Positions 17,779 to 28,000 of a stretch of 64,000 nucleotides of DNA are shown here, piece after piece. The stretch comes from an uncultured Gemmatimonadaceae bacterium (GTDB taxonomy: Bacteria; Gemmatimonadota; Gemmatimonadetes; Gemmatimonadales; GWC2-71-9): the NCBI GenBank assembly GCA_964578865.1, contig CAZOES010000002.1, forward strand, positions 31,243 through 95,242. Direction: 5' to 3'. Made by a program: the position numbers and the translations under genes. Within the stretch, counting starts at the first letter, position 1; each line of letters starts with the position of its first letter. A model generated the notes under the pieces. That model was not told the DNA's origin and did no database searches. It saw nothing but the letters and a program-made list of their open reading frames with translations.

Positions 17779-18741
17779 ATGCGATTCCTCGTCCAACGGG
17801 CCCCCTGGATCAGTTTGACCATCGCGCTCATCGGTCTCTCGGCCGATCAGCTGGCGGCGCAAGCATGTCCCAGCGGCCCAGTCGCTCTCGATGCGCGGGC
17901 TACCCTCCTCCTTCCCGCGTCCTTCGGTATCTCCGGAGTCGCAACCTCGCCCTCCGGAATTCTGACTCTATGGTCGGCTAACGGCGAAATCTTCGCGATA
18001 GATCAGAAACGCACACTGATAAGAATCCAGCTACCCGACACCATTCGGCCGGCGGGCATGACCGTCACGCCGGATGGAATCCGGATTCTGGATCTGCTGA
18101 ACGGACGGGAGTATCTCCGCCACCCCGACGGCACCTTCGCGCTGACTGGTCAGGTTCGGCTCGGCATGGCCGACCAGATTGATCAGGCACTGTGGCGGAA
18201 GGACGGCTGGATTATCGGCCTGCGAGACCTGGCAAGCCGCCGCTTCGTGGTACGTCGTTTCTTCGACACCACTGGGCAGGAACTGTTCCGCTCGGCTCCT
18301 TCCGACAGCGTCAAGACAATTCAGCGCTATCACCTTAGCGACTCAAAGCGGGGTCTCCTGTTAACCCGCACCATGAGCCCGTTCACGGTAATCCGGCTGG
18401 ATCCCGCCAGCGGCATTGCCGACACCCTGCAATCGTTAGCCGACGGTTCGACCCTCGCGATTCCCCCGGACAGCCTGGCCCACTGGCGGGCCCTCTCTGC
18501 GGTGGCCCTCGACTGCACCCTGTTGCTCACCCTGAGTGATCTCACCGCCGACCGGCGGATCCTGGTCCGCTACGGTGCGGACGACCGGGTGGCCCAGGCC
18601 ACCCAGCTGGATGCCCCGCTCGGCTTGATAGCCCGGTTGCCGGGAGAAGATGCCGTGCTGGCGGCCCGCCGGGCCGGCGAACTGGAGTTGGTGTGGTATG
18701 ACTGGCACTGGGTCCGGGAGCCCAGCTCAAACATCCGTTGA
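17779..18741 (+). CDS. Secreted protein, probable divergent beta-propeller
   Basis: Signal peptide (..LAAQ); about six blade-like repeats (GVATSPSGILTLW, GMTVTPDGIRIL, ALWRKDGWII, LSDSKRGLLL, AVALDCTLLL, ARLPGEDAVL). Confidence 0.55.
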   Translation: MRFLVQRAPWISLTIALIGLSADQLAAQACPSGPVALDARATLLLPASFGISGVATSPSGILTLWSANGEIFAIDQKRTLIRIQLPDTIRPAGMTVTPDGIRILDLLNGREYLRHPDGTFALTGQVRLGMADQIDQALWRKDGWIIGLRDLASRRFVVRRFFDTTGQELFRSAPSDSVKTIQRYHLSDSKRGLLLTRTMSPFTVIRLDPASGIADTLQSLADGSTLAIPPDSLAHWRALSAVALDCTLLLTLSDLTADRRILVRYGADDRVAQATQLDAPLGLIARLPGEDAVLAARRAGELELVWYDWHWVREPSSNIR

Positions 18742-18762
18742 TCCATGAGGAGAACGATCAAT

Positions 18763-19215
18763 ATGCGCATGAAATCTTTGATAGTATTGTTAGGCTTGAT
18801 CTTGCTGCTGGCGGGAAGTCCTCGGGTGGCCTCGGCCCAGAGCCTCGCGTCCCTCGCAGCGGCCAACGCGGTTACCGCAGTCGAAAAGCACCCGGGATGC
18901 TGGGGCTGTGGCGTCTACATGGGTATGTCCGTCTGTCAGGGGGGATTCGTGCCGGGCGCCTTCAACTGCACCTCCGGCCTTGCCAACGGTTGCACGCTGA
19001 GCAGCCCCGGCTGCGGCGGCGGTGCGGCCCTGCCGATCGATCCCGACGGGGCGACTCAATATGTGTCACGGGGCAGCTTGCTGGTGGAGCAGGTTGTGTT
19101 CCACGACGGGGATCCGCCAGTTAGGCGGAACTGTGAAGGAATCGTAGTCGCGCGGAAGCAGACTTCTGACGATATTAAGAGCGTACGGAACCGTACCGGT
19201 ACGCTCACCCTCTGA
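18763..19215 (+). CDS. Small secreted Cys/Gly-rich protein (peptide-precursor-like, 150 aa)
   Basis: RBS GAGGAG at 18747-18752; Sec signal ending ASA; core CxxC-x8-C-x10-C-x7-C-x6-C; C-terminal domain with RRNCEGIVVAR. Confidence 0.75.
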   Translation: MRMKSLIVLLGLILLLAGSPRVASAQSLASLAAANAVTAVEKHPGCWGCGVYMGMSVCQGGFVPGAFNCTSGLANGCTLSSPGCGGGAALPIDPDGATQYVSRGSLLVEQVVFHDGDPPVRRNCEGIVVARKQTSDDIKSVRNRTGTLTL

Positions 19216-19238
19216 GACCCGCTCCCGGATCCGTCGCC

Positions 19239-20444
19239 ATGTCCATGTCCCGCCAGCGTTACACATTCATTGCCGTTCTCAGTCTCGGCCTCTGGTTGCA
19301 GCCTCAGACGCCGCCGGTCGTATCCGTCGACCGGGTGGTTGCCCAGCGCGACGCGCAGTTCTCCGTTCCCGACAGCGTGCGGGCACTGCTCTCGTATGTC
19401 ACCGGGCTGGTGCTCGACTCCGACAGCACGCTCTATTTGTCGGATTATCAGCTGGGCGGGATCATCCACCTGGAATCGTCGGGGGATTTCCGTCGAGTCA
19501 TCGGGAACCGCGGCGGTGGTCCCGGGGAGTTCAATTCGATTCTGGCTCTCGGACTCCACCAGGACTCGCTATGGGCCATGGATCCCGCCCTGGTCCGTTT
19601 GACCCTGATTCCCAGACAGGGGCGGGGGGCCACCACGGTGCCCTTCGGCTCCTCCGCGGCGACCGTGGCTTCTCGCGGCAGGCCCCAGACCCGCAGGGGA
19701 TTGCCGGCCACCGTCCTGCCCGACGGATCGCTGCTGATGCAGGAAGTGGTACTCGACAGCGGCGGGGTCGCCGGCAAGTCGGGTTTCGCCTTTCTCCTCC
19801 GCGCCGACCGCAATCTCGAAGTCTTGGATACCCTGGCCCGGTTTCCCATGGGGCACTCCGACATGGGATTCGAGTACCGTGACGGGGCAGCGCTCTATAA
19901 TCAGCCCTTTGGGGATGATCCGGTCTACCGGGTGTCCAGCGACGGAGCCTTGCTGGTACTGGTCAGCCGGGAAGCCTCCCGTCGCGGCGGAGAGGCCACG
20001 TTCAACGTCACCGCGCTGCGGAACGGGCGGGAAGTGATATTTCACCGCGAGATCGCCTATCAACCGCGCCGGCTTCCCCGCTCAGAGGTCGACAGCGTGG
20101 TGAATGCGCTGGCTCACCCCCAGCCCCGCAATCCCCCGACGCCGATTACGGCGGACTCGATTCTCCGCCAGCTCTATCGCCCGGCATTCTATCCCCCGGT
20201 GAAAGAAGTCCGGGTGGGCCGCGACGGCGCGGTCTGGCTCCAGGTCAACTTTGCCGATTCCCCTGTTGGAGTGGGAGACTGGCTGATTCTCTCCCGCAAG
20301 GGATTCGAAATGGCGCGGGTCACGTTCCCTGACAGGTTCCGGTTATTGGAGGCCAACCGCCGGAGCGTCTGGGGAGTGGAAAGCGATGCGCTGGACGTGC
20401 CGCTCGTCAGCCGCTACCAGATTCCGGAGTGGACCGCGCAGTAG
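19239..20444 (+). CDS. Secreted six-bladed beta-propeller (TolB-like/NHL) protein
   Basis: Signal peptide; GNRGGGPGEF, VLPDGSLL, VSSDGALL, VGRDGAVWL, C-terminal VWGVESDALDVP.V.RY. Confidence 0.75.
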   Translation: MSMSRQRYTFIAVLSLGLWLQPQTPPVVSVDRVVAQRDAQFSVPDSVRALLSYVTGLVLDSDSTLYLSDYQLGGIIHLESSGDFRRVIGNRGGGPGEFNSILALGLHQDSLWAMDPALVRLTLIPRQGRGATTVPFGSSAATVASRGRPQTRRGLPATVLPDGSLLMQEVVLDSGGVAGKSGFAFLLRADRNLEVLDTLARFPMGHSDMGFEYRDGAALYNQPFGDDPVYRVSSDGALLVLVSREASRRGGEATFNVTALRNGREVIFHREIAYQPRRLPRSEVDSVVNALAHPQPRNPPTPITADSILRQLYRPAFYPPVKEVRVGRDGAVWLQVNFADSPVGVGDWLILSRKGFEMARVTFPDRFRLLEANRRSVWGVESDALDVPLVSRYQIPEWTAQ

Positions 20445-20469
20445 CAGTCCGCCCATCCAAGAGTCGACA

Positions 20470-20504
20470 CCCAGGGCCAGTACCGATCCGGTGCTGGTCC
20501 TGGG
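20470..20504 (+). terminator. Strong GC hairpin after the propeller gene (terminator or mRNA-stability element)
   Basis: CCCAGGGCCAGTACCG-ATC-CGGTGCTGGTCCTGGG followed only by CCTTTC, a weak U-tract. Confidence 0.45.
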
Positions 20505-20631
20505 CCTTTCGGGGCCCTGCGAGCGGGTCTGTCGCGGAAGGATATTGCGCGCTTTATTGGTACTAACCCCCTCCTGCGACCGTGCTAACGTGTGGCGCAT
20601 CATTATCGCCACCGTTGACACGCGAAACGAC

Positions 20632-21765
20632 ATGACCCGGTACTCCAGTCTCCTTCTGGCAGTCGTGGTGCTGGCCCTCCCGGCCTGTAAAGGCAAGGCG
20701 GCGCAGGCCGAAGGCGAAAAACCGTCCTCCGGCGGTGACGAAGCCGGTCTGGGTGGCGGTTCCAGTCTGGCGCTGCCGGTGGCCGGTGAGCCGGTCCGCC
20801 AAGGCGATCTGGTTCTCACCGTCGCAACCACGGGTCAGGTCCGTTCCGAGGCGATTGCATCGCTCAAGGGGGAGACCAATGGAACCGTCGAGGATGTCCT
20901 GGTCCGGCCGGGCACCCGGGTGAAAAAGGGCGATCCGATCATCCGATTGGATCCCCGTCCATTCGATCTGGCGGTTCGAGAGGCTGAAGCCAGTCTGGCC
21001 GAAGCCGACATCAAGTATCAGGGCAGTCTCGCCTCCGACTCCATTCTGCTGGGTCCGGCTCAGGAAGCCGGCCGGCTCAAGAATGCCCTGGCCCTTTCCG
21101 GGGTACCGGCAGCGAAGGTTCGCCTCGAACGGGCCCAGCTGGATCGCGAACGCGCCACCATCACCGCGCCGTTCGACGGAATCGTCGATCGCGTCAGTAT
21201 CGCCGCGGGTGAGCGGCTTTCCCCGGGTCAGGATGTCGCGACCATCGTGGATGTCTCTCACCTCAGGGTCGAAGCTCAGGTGCTGGAGCACGACCTTCCC
21301 TACGTGCGCAGTGGCGGTGAAGCGCTGATCTCCACCCCGGCGACCCAGGGCAAACCGGTGCACGGCCGGATCGCCGCGGTGCTGCCGCTGGTCGACTCCA
21401 CCAGCCGGGCCGGGCGAGTGGTCGTCGGGGTGACCGCCGGACCCGGCTCGCCGCTGCAGCCCGGGATGTACGCCGATATTCGCCTCGAAGCGACCAGGCT
21501 CCCCAACCGCATCATCGTCCCGGCCCGCGCAGTTATCGAACGCGATGGTCGCCCGCTGGTGTTCGTGGTCAAAGGCGGCCGGGCGCAGTGGGTCTATATC
21601 GTCCCCGGGCGCAGCAACGGGGCCGAGACCGAGGTCCTCGCCGACTCCACCTCGGGGCAGATTCCGGTTTCGGTAGGAGACACGGTCCTCACCGAAGGCC
21701 ACCTCACCCTCACTCACGATGCTCCGGTCAGAGTCCTTTCTGCCAAAGAAAGGGCGGAGCCCTGA
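20632..21765 (+). CDS. RND efflux periplasmic adaptor (MFP), lipoprotein
   Basis: ATG 20632; lipobox LPAC; V..G..VKKGD.I..LD, ITAPFDGIV, LQPGMYAD. Confidence 0.9.
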   Translation: MTRYSSLLLAVVVLALPACKGKAAQAEGEKPSSGGDEAGLGGGSSLALPVAGEPVRQGDLVLTVATTGQVRSEAIASLKGETNGTVEDVLVRPGTRVKKGDPIIRLDPRPFDLAVREAEASLAEADIKYQGSLASDSILLGPAQEAGRLKNALALSGVPAAKVRLERAQLDRERATITAPFDGIVDRVSIAAGERLSPGQDVATIVDVSHLRVEAQVLEHDLPYVRSGGEALISTPATQGKPVHGRIAAVLPLVDSTSRAGRVVVGVTAGPGSPLQPGMYADIRLEATRLPNRIIVPARAVIERDGRPLVFVVKGGRAQWVYIVPGRSNGAETEVLADSTSGQIPVSVGDTVLTEGHLTLTHDAPVRVLSAKERAEP

Positions 21766-21768
21766 TTT

Positions 21769-21845
21769 CGTGAGACGGGAGACGTAAGCCGTGAGCCGCA
21801 CCTGGCTCACGTTGACGTCCCACCTCTCACGTCTCACGTCTCACG
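21769..21845. repeat. Tandem-heptamer inverted-arm element (GTGAGAC / GTCTCAC)
   Basis: GTGAGAC GGGAGAC GTAAGCC GTGAGCC ... GGCTCAC ... GTCCCAC CTCTCAC GTCTCAC GTCTCAC; fills the gap between the MFP and RND1 genes. Confidence 0.8.
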
Positions 21846-21851
21846 GTTGTT

Positions 21852-24800
21852 ATGTCCCTCGCCTCTACCGCCCTTAAACGTCCGGTCACCACCATCGCGG
21901 CAACCATCGCACTGGTTCTGCTCGGTGCGGTGTCGCTGGGTCGGCTGCCGGTAACTCTGCTTCCCGACGTCACCCTGCCGGTGCTGACTATTCGCACCCT
22001 CTATCCCGGCGCGGCGGCCACCGAAGCGTCCCGCTTTGTGGCGGAACCGGTTGAAGAAGCGATTGCGGCGACGCCGGGTCTGGTGGAGTTGCGTTCGGTG
22101 AGCCGGAACGGCGAGGTCACTACCACCGCGCAGTTTGCCTGGGGCACCGACATGGCTGCCACCGTGCTGACAGTACGGGAGCGACTGGACAACGCCCGAG
22201 CCCAGCTGCCGGAGACCGCCGAACGTCCCACGCTGCTGACCAGCGATCCGGGTCAGCGGCCGATCGCTGTCCTGGGTGTTACCGGCTCGGGCGACCAGCG
22301 AGCCATTGCCCGGCTGGCCGAACAGGTGCTGGCCCGCCGGCTGGAACAACTGGATGGCATCGCCAGTGTAGCGGTGACCGGGGTGCCGGAAGACGAGATC
22401 CGGGTCGAACTGGATCCGGGCCGGCTCCGGGCGCTGGATCTCACCACCGAGAACGTGGTAACCGCAATCAGGAACGCCAATGCCGCCGCGCCGGGCGGGA
22501 CCATCCGGCGGGGTCAATTCCGGTTCTCGGTACGGGCGCTGACTGAACTTCGTCAGCTCGATGAGTTCGCCCAGATTCCGGTAGGCCAGTCGGGGCGGGC
22601 CGGCGGTCCGATCAAACTCTCCGACGTCGGCAAGGTCTCGCTCGCCACCGCCGATCCCCGGACCCTGACCCGGCTCGACGGTACTCCCGGTATCGGTCTG
22701 GTGGTCTACAAGGATGCCGGAGCCAACACCGTTGCGGTCACCAGTGACATGGTGGAGACCGTGGAGCAGCTGGGGAAGGAATTCCCCGAGGTCAAGCTCA
22801 AGGTGGTGGCGGCTCAGGCCCGCTTCGTGACCGACGCCCTTTCCAACCTGACTCAGGAAATTGTCGCCGGCGGGCTGCTCTCGCTGCTGCTGATTCTCCT
22901 CTTTCTGCGCGATTGGCGCAGCGCCCTGGCCATCGGTCTGATCGTTCCCCTTTCGGTGCTGGTTTCACTCACCGCGCTGCAGATGCTCGGCGTTACCATC
23001 AACGTTCTCTCGCTGGGCGGACTGGCCCTGGGTGTCGGTCTGCTGGTGGACAATGCCATCGTGGTGTCGGAGGCCACCGGGCGATATCGCGAGGAAGGGA
23101 TGGAGCGCTGGGTGGCCGCCAAGGTCGCTGCCGAGGAAGTCTCCGGTCCGCTGATCGCCGGAACCCTGACGACGGTACTGGTTTTCGGACCGATCGTATT
23201 CGTCCGTGGTCTGGCGGCGGCGCTGTTCCGCGATCTCTCACTCGCGGTAGTCGCCTCGCTGACCGCGTCGCTGATTCTGGCGCTGACCTTGATGCCGGTC
23301 CTTCTGGTGGGTCGAAGAAAGACGGGCGCGACGGGCAAGACGGGCCACAACGATCCGTCCGGCCCGCCTGCCTCGTCCGCCGCGCCCGTCTCCTGGCTGA
23401 CCCGGCTTGGCCTGCAACTGGCCGAGTGGTATGAACACGGCATGATGTGGTCGCTGGATCATCCCCGCACCGTGTTCACCATTTCGATTGGGTCGACTGC
23501 GCTGGCCGCCTGGCTCACGCTGCAGTTGCCGCGGGAAATCCTGCCTCAGGTGGACGAAGGGGTTGCGATTGCCTCGCTACGACTGCCGGAAGGCACCGCA
23601 ATCGAGGAAACCGCCCGTCAGGCCGCCCGAGTGGAAGCCGCGGCGAGCAGTCTCGGGTCTAGAGGGATCTACTCCCGAATCGGCGCCGCCACTGACGAGG
23701 AGCTGGTGTCCGGGGCCGAGCCGGGCGGGCCCAGTTATGCACAGCTGCTGTTGCCGGTCCCCAGCGGATCGCCGGCCCGGAAATTTGCCGATCAGTTGCG
23801 AGCCAGGATCCCCGATCTGGCACAGGGCGGTCTGGCCATCGACCTGGCGGGTCAGTCGGAGTTCGGCAGTCTGATCGGCCGGGAGGGCCGGTTGCTCCGG
23901 GTGGAGATTGCCTCACCCGATCGACGCACCACCGCGCGGTGGGCCGATACCGCTCGGACTTTGCTCAACGGAGTGCCCGGACTCACCGACGTTCGCGATG
24001 CCTACGCCGGAACTCAGCCGGTCATCGAGCTGAGTCTGGAGCGCGAGCGGATCGCGTTGCACAATCTGTCGATCGATGCCGTCTCCAGCGCATTGGCCGG
24101 CGGATTGGGGGGCGTCAAGGCGAGCGAGCTGCGGGAGACCGACCGGCGAACTCCCATCCGGGTCCGCTACGAGGGCAGTGCTAACGAAGACCTGGCTACC
24201 GCACTCAACGCCACCATCAGCGGAGTGCCACTGGGACAACTGGTACAGGTGAAGGAAGTACGTGACCCGGTCGAAGTGGTGCGGGTCGACCAGCGCCCGG
24301 TGCAGGTACTCGAGGCCGCGGTCGAACGAGGGGGCACCGCCAAAGCGGTCGAGCGGGTGCAGAGCACCCTCGCCGGTCTGGCCGCTCCGGCCGGCCTCAC
24401 CTGGCAGATCGGCGGGGCCGACACCGAGCAACGCCGGACCCTCTCCGAGATGGGGGTGGTCGCGGTACTGTCGGTGGCGCTGATGTTTCTGGTGCTGGCC
24501 GGTGAATTCGCCTCGTTCACCATTCCGCTGCTGGTGATGCTCACGGTTCCGCTGGCCGGAGTGGGCGGGATCGTAGTGCTCTGGCTGACCGGCCAGAGTC
24601 TCAATGCGGTGTCGTTGATCGGTATGGTGGTGATGATCGGTCTGGCCGACAATGACGCGGTGGTGAAACTCGATGCCATCCGTCGGTTCCGGGAGGAAGG
24701 GCACTCGATCCGGGAGTCGGTGTTGCTGGGTGGACGCCAGCGGCTCCGCGCGATCGCCATGACCTCGCTGACTACCATCGTGGGTGTGCTGCCCCTGGTG

Positions 24801-25025
24801 ATGGGTTGGGGCAGCGGCGGCGAGCTGTACCAGCCGCTGGCCGCCGGGGTAATCGGTGGCTCGGTGACCGCCACCCTGGTGACCTTCTTCCTGCTTCCAA
24901 CAGCATATGCGGTGGTCGAAGAGCGGGCTGAGAAACGTCAGGCGGTCAGGCGGTCAGGCGGTCAGGAAGCAACTGATTCCGACTCAGGTCCGACCGCCCG
25001 TCCGCCTGTCCGCCCGACCGCCTGA
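21852..25025 (+). CDS. RND efflux permease 1 (AcrB/AcrD/AcrF family)
   Basis: 1057 aa; LKRPV..., PVEEAI, GLLVDNAIVV (TM4), IGLADNDAVV (TM10), RLRAIAMTS (TM11). Confidence 0.93.
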   Translation: MSLASTALKRPVTTIAATIALVLLGAVSLGRLPVTLLPDVTLPVLTIRTLYPGAAATEASRFVAEPVEEAIAATPGLVELRSVSRNGEVTTTAQFAWGTDMAATVLTVRERLDNARAQLPETAERPTLLTSDPGQRPIAVLGVTGSGDQRAIARLAEQVLARRLEQLDGIASVAVTGVPEDEIRVELDPGRLRALDLTTENVVTAIRNANAAAPGGTIRRGQFRFSVRALTELRQLDEFAQIPVGQSGRAGGPIKLSDVGKVSLATADPRTLTRLDGTPGIGLVVYKDAGANTVAVTSDMVETVEQLGKEFPEVKLKVVAAQARFVTDALSNLTQEIVAGGLLSLLLILLFLRDWRSALAIGLIVPLSVLVSLTALQMLGVTINVLSLGGLALGVGLLVDNAIVVSEATGRYREEGMERWVAAKVAAEEVSGPLIAGTLTTVLVFGPIVFVRGLAAALFRDLSLAVVASLTASLILALTLMPVLLVGRRKTGATGKTGHNDPSGPPASSAAPVSWLTRLGLQLAEWYEHGMMWSLDHPRTVFTISIGSTALAAWLTLQLPREILPQVDEGVAIASLRLPEGTAIEETARQAARVEAAASSLGSRGIYSRIGAATDEELVSGAEPGGPSYAQLLLPVPSGSPARKFADQLRARIPDLAQGGLAIDLAGQSEFGSLIGREGRLLRVEIASPDRRTTARWADTARTLLNGVPGLTDVRDAYAGTQPVIELSLERERIALHNLSIDAVSSALAGGLGGVKASELRETDRRTPIRVRYEGSANEDLATALNATISGVPLGQLVQVKEVRDPVEVVRVDQRPVQVLEAAVERGGTAKAVERVQSTLAGLAAPAGLTWQIGGADTEQRRTLSEMGVVAVLSVALMFLVLAGEFASFTIPLLVMLTVPLAGVGGIVVLWLTGQSLNAVSLIGMVVMIGLADNDAVVKLDAIRRFREEGHSIRESVLLGGRQRLRAIAMTSLTTIVGVLPLVMGWGSGGELYQPLAAGVIGGSVTATLVTFFLLPTAYAVVEERAEKRQAVRRSGGQEATDSDSGPTARPPVRPTA
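24938..25025. repeat. Tandem-octamer inverted-arm element embedded in the 3' end of RND1
   Basis: (GGCGGTCA)x3 ... CCGACCGC CCGTCCGC CTGTCCGC CCGACCGC CTGA; translated as QAVRRSGGQEATDSDSGPTARPPVRPTA*. Confidence 0.8.
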
Positions 25026-28000
25026 TGATCACCTGGGCCACTCGCCGCCCCGCGGTAGTCTGGGCCACTGCCGTAGCCCTGATCCTGGCCGGCGGCCTGG
25101 CGCTTTCGCGTCTCCCTATCGCCACCAAGCCCTACGTCGAACTGCCTCGGCTCACCGTCTCGATGAGCTGGCCCGGTGCCTCGGCCGAGCTGGTCGAGAC
25201 CTATCTCGGCAGCCCGATCGAAGCGGCCATTCAGTCGGTGCGGGGCATTCGCAAGATCGGCAGCGAATCGGGCGAGGGATATCTCAGTCTCGATATCGAA
25301 CTGGATCCCGGCACCGATGTGCGGCTGGCTCGTCTGGGCGTGCTGGAGCGGCTGGAGTTGCTGCGGGAGGATTTCCCGGCTGGATCGTCCGACCTCCAGG
25401 TCAGCAATTACGTCCCCGAGGGGCTGGACGAAGAGCCGCTGATCGGGGCGACGGTGTATGGCCCCTATACCGCTGGTGCCTTGAAGCAACTGGTCGAACG
25501 GCAGGTTCAACCTCGGGTCAACGCTGTGCCCGGCGTTGCCGGGGTCCGGTCCCGGGGCGGCGCGATTGTCGGGGTCTCGGTGGCCTATGCACCCGAGAAG
25601 CTCCGTCAGCTGGGCATCGAACCATCGGTGTTGAGTGCGGCGCTGGCCCAGGCCCGGGTGGTGGAAGCAATCGGTGTCGAGCAGGACGGGGCAAACCAGC
25701 GACAGGTGGTTCTGCGGGACACCCCCGATGTGATCGAACAGTTGGGTGAGATCCCGATCCGCGGGGCCGGGGGCCGAGTCCACCGCCTCTCCGATCTCGC
25801 CACCATCCGGCGGGAGGAAGACAATCAGGACCGCTTCTTCCGGGTGAACGGCGAGCCGGCCGTGATGATGCAAGTGGCCCGGCTCCCCGGCGCAGATGCC
25901 ATCCGGACCGCCAGGGAGGTACGGGCGGTGCTGGAGGAGCTCCGCTCCGGGCTGCCCGCCGGAGTCCGTTTCCAGATCATGAGTGATGAGAGCGTTCGCC
26001 TGGGTGATCAGCTAGACGATCTGGGGCAGCGGGGGGCTATTGCGTTTGCCGCCGTGCTGCTGGTGCTTGCCATCGGGTTGCGAGCACCAAGGGCGGTGAT
26101 CATGGTCCTGGTCAGCGCGGTGGTAGCGGTCGCGGGAACCACGCTCGGGTTATACCTCCTGAAGATTCCTGCCAATCTGCTCACGCTGGCCGGACTGGGG
26201 ATGGGAGTCGGCATCCTGGTGCAGAACGGTCTGGTGGTGGTCGATCGGTTGCGGGCGGTTCCGGACACCCCCGAACGACGGGCCGAAGCCGGCCGCAAGA
26301 TCACACCGGCGGTGCTTGGCTCAACCCTGACCACGGCCGTGGTGCTCTTTCCATTTCTTTATCTCCAGGGTGACGCCCGCGCTGCGTTCATGCCCTTTGC
26401 GGCGGCCTTCAGCCTGGCGCTCGGTTGGTCCATCGTGACCTCAGTCGTGATGATTCCCGCCTTCGGGGTCGGGAAGGGTAGTCAGAAGGCGCGCTGGGTC
26501 GGGCTGCGCCACTTCTATCTTCGATTGGTGATTGTGCTGCTCCGCTGGCGCTGGGCCACCATTACCGCCACCCTGCTGGTGCTGACCGGCCTGGGCTGGG
26601 TCTTCGTCGTGAAAGTTCCCCGTTCCAGTTTCGCCGGATGGTATAACCAACGCACGACCCTTTCGGCCCGAGTCGATTTTCCCAGTGGATCCGACCCCGC
26701 CAGCGTGGACCAGAGTGTGAGGGACCTGGAGCGCATCGTGGTGAACCGGCCGGGGGTGGACAATGTTCAGGCCCAGGGTGACGCGGACGGCGGCTTTGTG
26801 GTGGTGACTTTCGATGATGATGCGGCATACACTGCGATTCCGCTGCAGATGCAGGAGGAAGTGACCCAGCGCGCGGTGCTGATCGGCGGTGCGTCTGTGG
26901 GGGTGAGTGGTCGGGGGCCCGGGTTCTACAACGGTGGTGGTTCCGGGAGTCTGGCCACTTTCCGGGTCAAGATCCTGGGATACTCCTTTGCCGGAGTGGA
27001 ACAGCTTGCCCTTGATCTCAAGTCACGTCTGGAAAAGATCCCCCGGGTGAAGTCGGTCGATATCAACGCCGCCGGATTCTGGTTCGGCCGGGAGAAGTCG
27101 AGCGATGTCACCCTGGTTCCGAATCGCTCGTCGCTGGCAGGGTACGGTCTCGATGCCAGCCAGTTCGCCCAGGCGGTGACCCGCGAAGTAGGTGGTGCGG
27201 CCGGGCGCCAGCGCTTTACCCTGGGTGAAGAGGAAGTCTGGCTATCCCTCAAAACCGAAGGGGCTCGCACTCGCACCCTGGACCAGCTGCGCGAAGCGCG
27301 GGTCCCCAACACCCGCAACATTCCAGTGCGGATCGGCGATCTGGCCGGGGTGGACGAACGGGAAGCCCTCTCCCGGATCAGCCGGGAGAATCAGCAATAC
27401 GTGCGGGTGCTCAGTTACGAATTCCGGGGTCCTCAGAAGCTGGCCAACCGGACCCATGAAGCATTCATGAAATCGATCTCGGTGCCTCCGGGCTACACCG
27501 TGAGCGACGAGTATTTCGGCTGGCAGGATGATGAGAGCCAGAAGGGACTGTGGCTGGTCTTCGCGATCGGTCTGGTTTTGGTCGTGCTGACGGTCGCGAT
27601 GGTATTCGACTCGGTGTGGGGCGCGGCGATGGTCTTTCTGAGCCTTCCGATTGCTCTCGCGGGGGTCGTTGCGGCCTTCTGGTTCACCCACGCCGCCTTC
27701 ACCCGTGAAGCGGCGGTCGGCGTGATCCTGGTGATTGGTCTGGCGGTGAATCAGTCGATCCTGCTGGTGGATGGTGTCCTGCAGCGTCGACCTGACGGGA
27801 CCCGGGCCATCCGGCCTTCATTGATAGTCGCCTCCTGCCGTGACCGGGTCGGCATGATCGTCCTCATTACCTTCACCACCCTCGCCAGCCCTCTCCCTCT
27901 GGCAGTAGGAACCCAGGCCCAGGATCTGTTCGGGGCCATTGCTCTCGCTGTGGTCGGCGGGACCATCGCTGGCACCCTGGGCGCCATGTTCCTGCTGCCG

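Noticed and set aside
18763-19215. Classical RiPP (lanthipeptide, sactipeptide, thiopeptide) cluster
   Set aside because: No LanB/C/M, radical SAM, YcaO or C39 transporter in the window; the precursor has a Sec signal.
20386-20631. 82-aa N-terminal extension of the MFP in the ORF track
   Set aside because: Overlaps the upstream gene and hairpin; the lipoprotein signal begins at ATG 20632.
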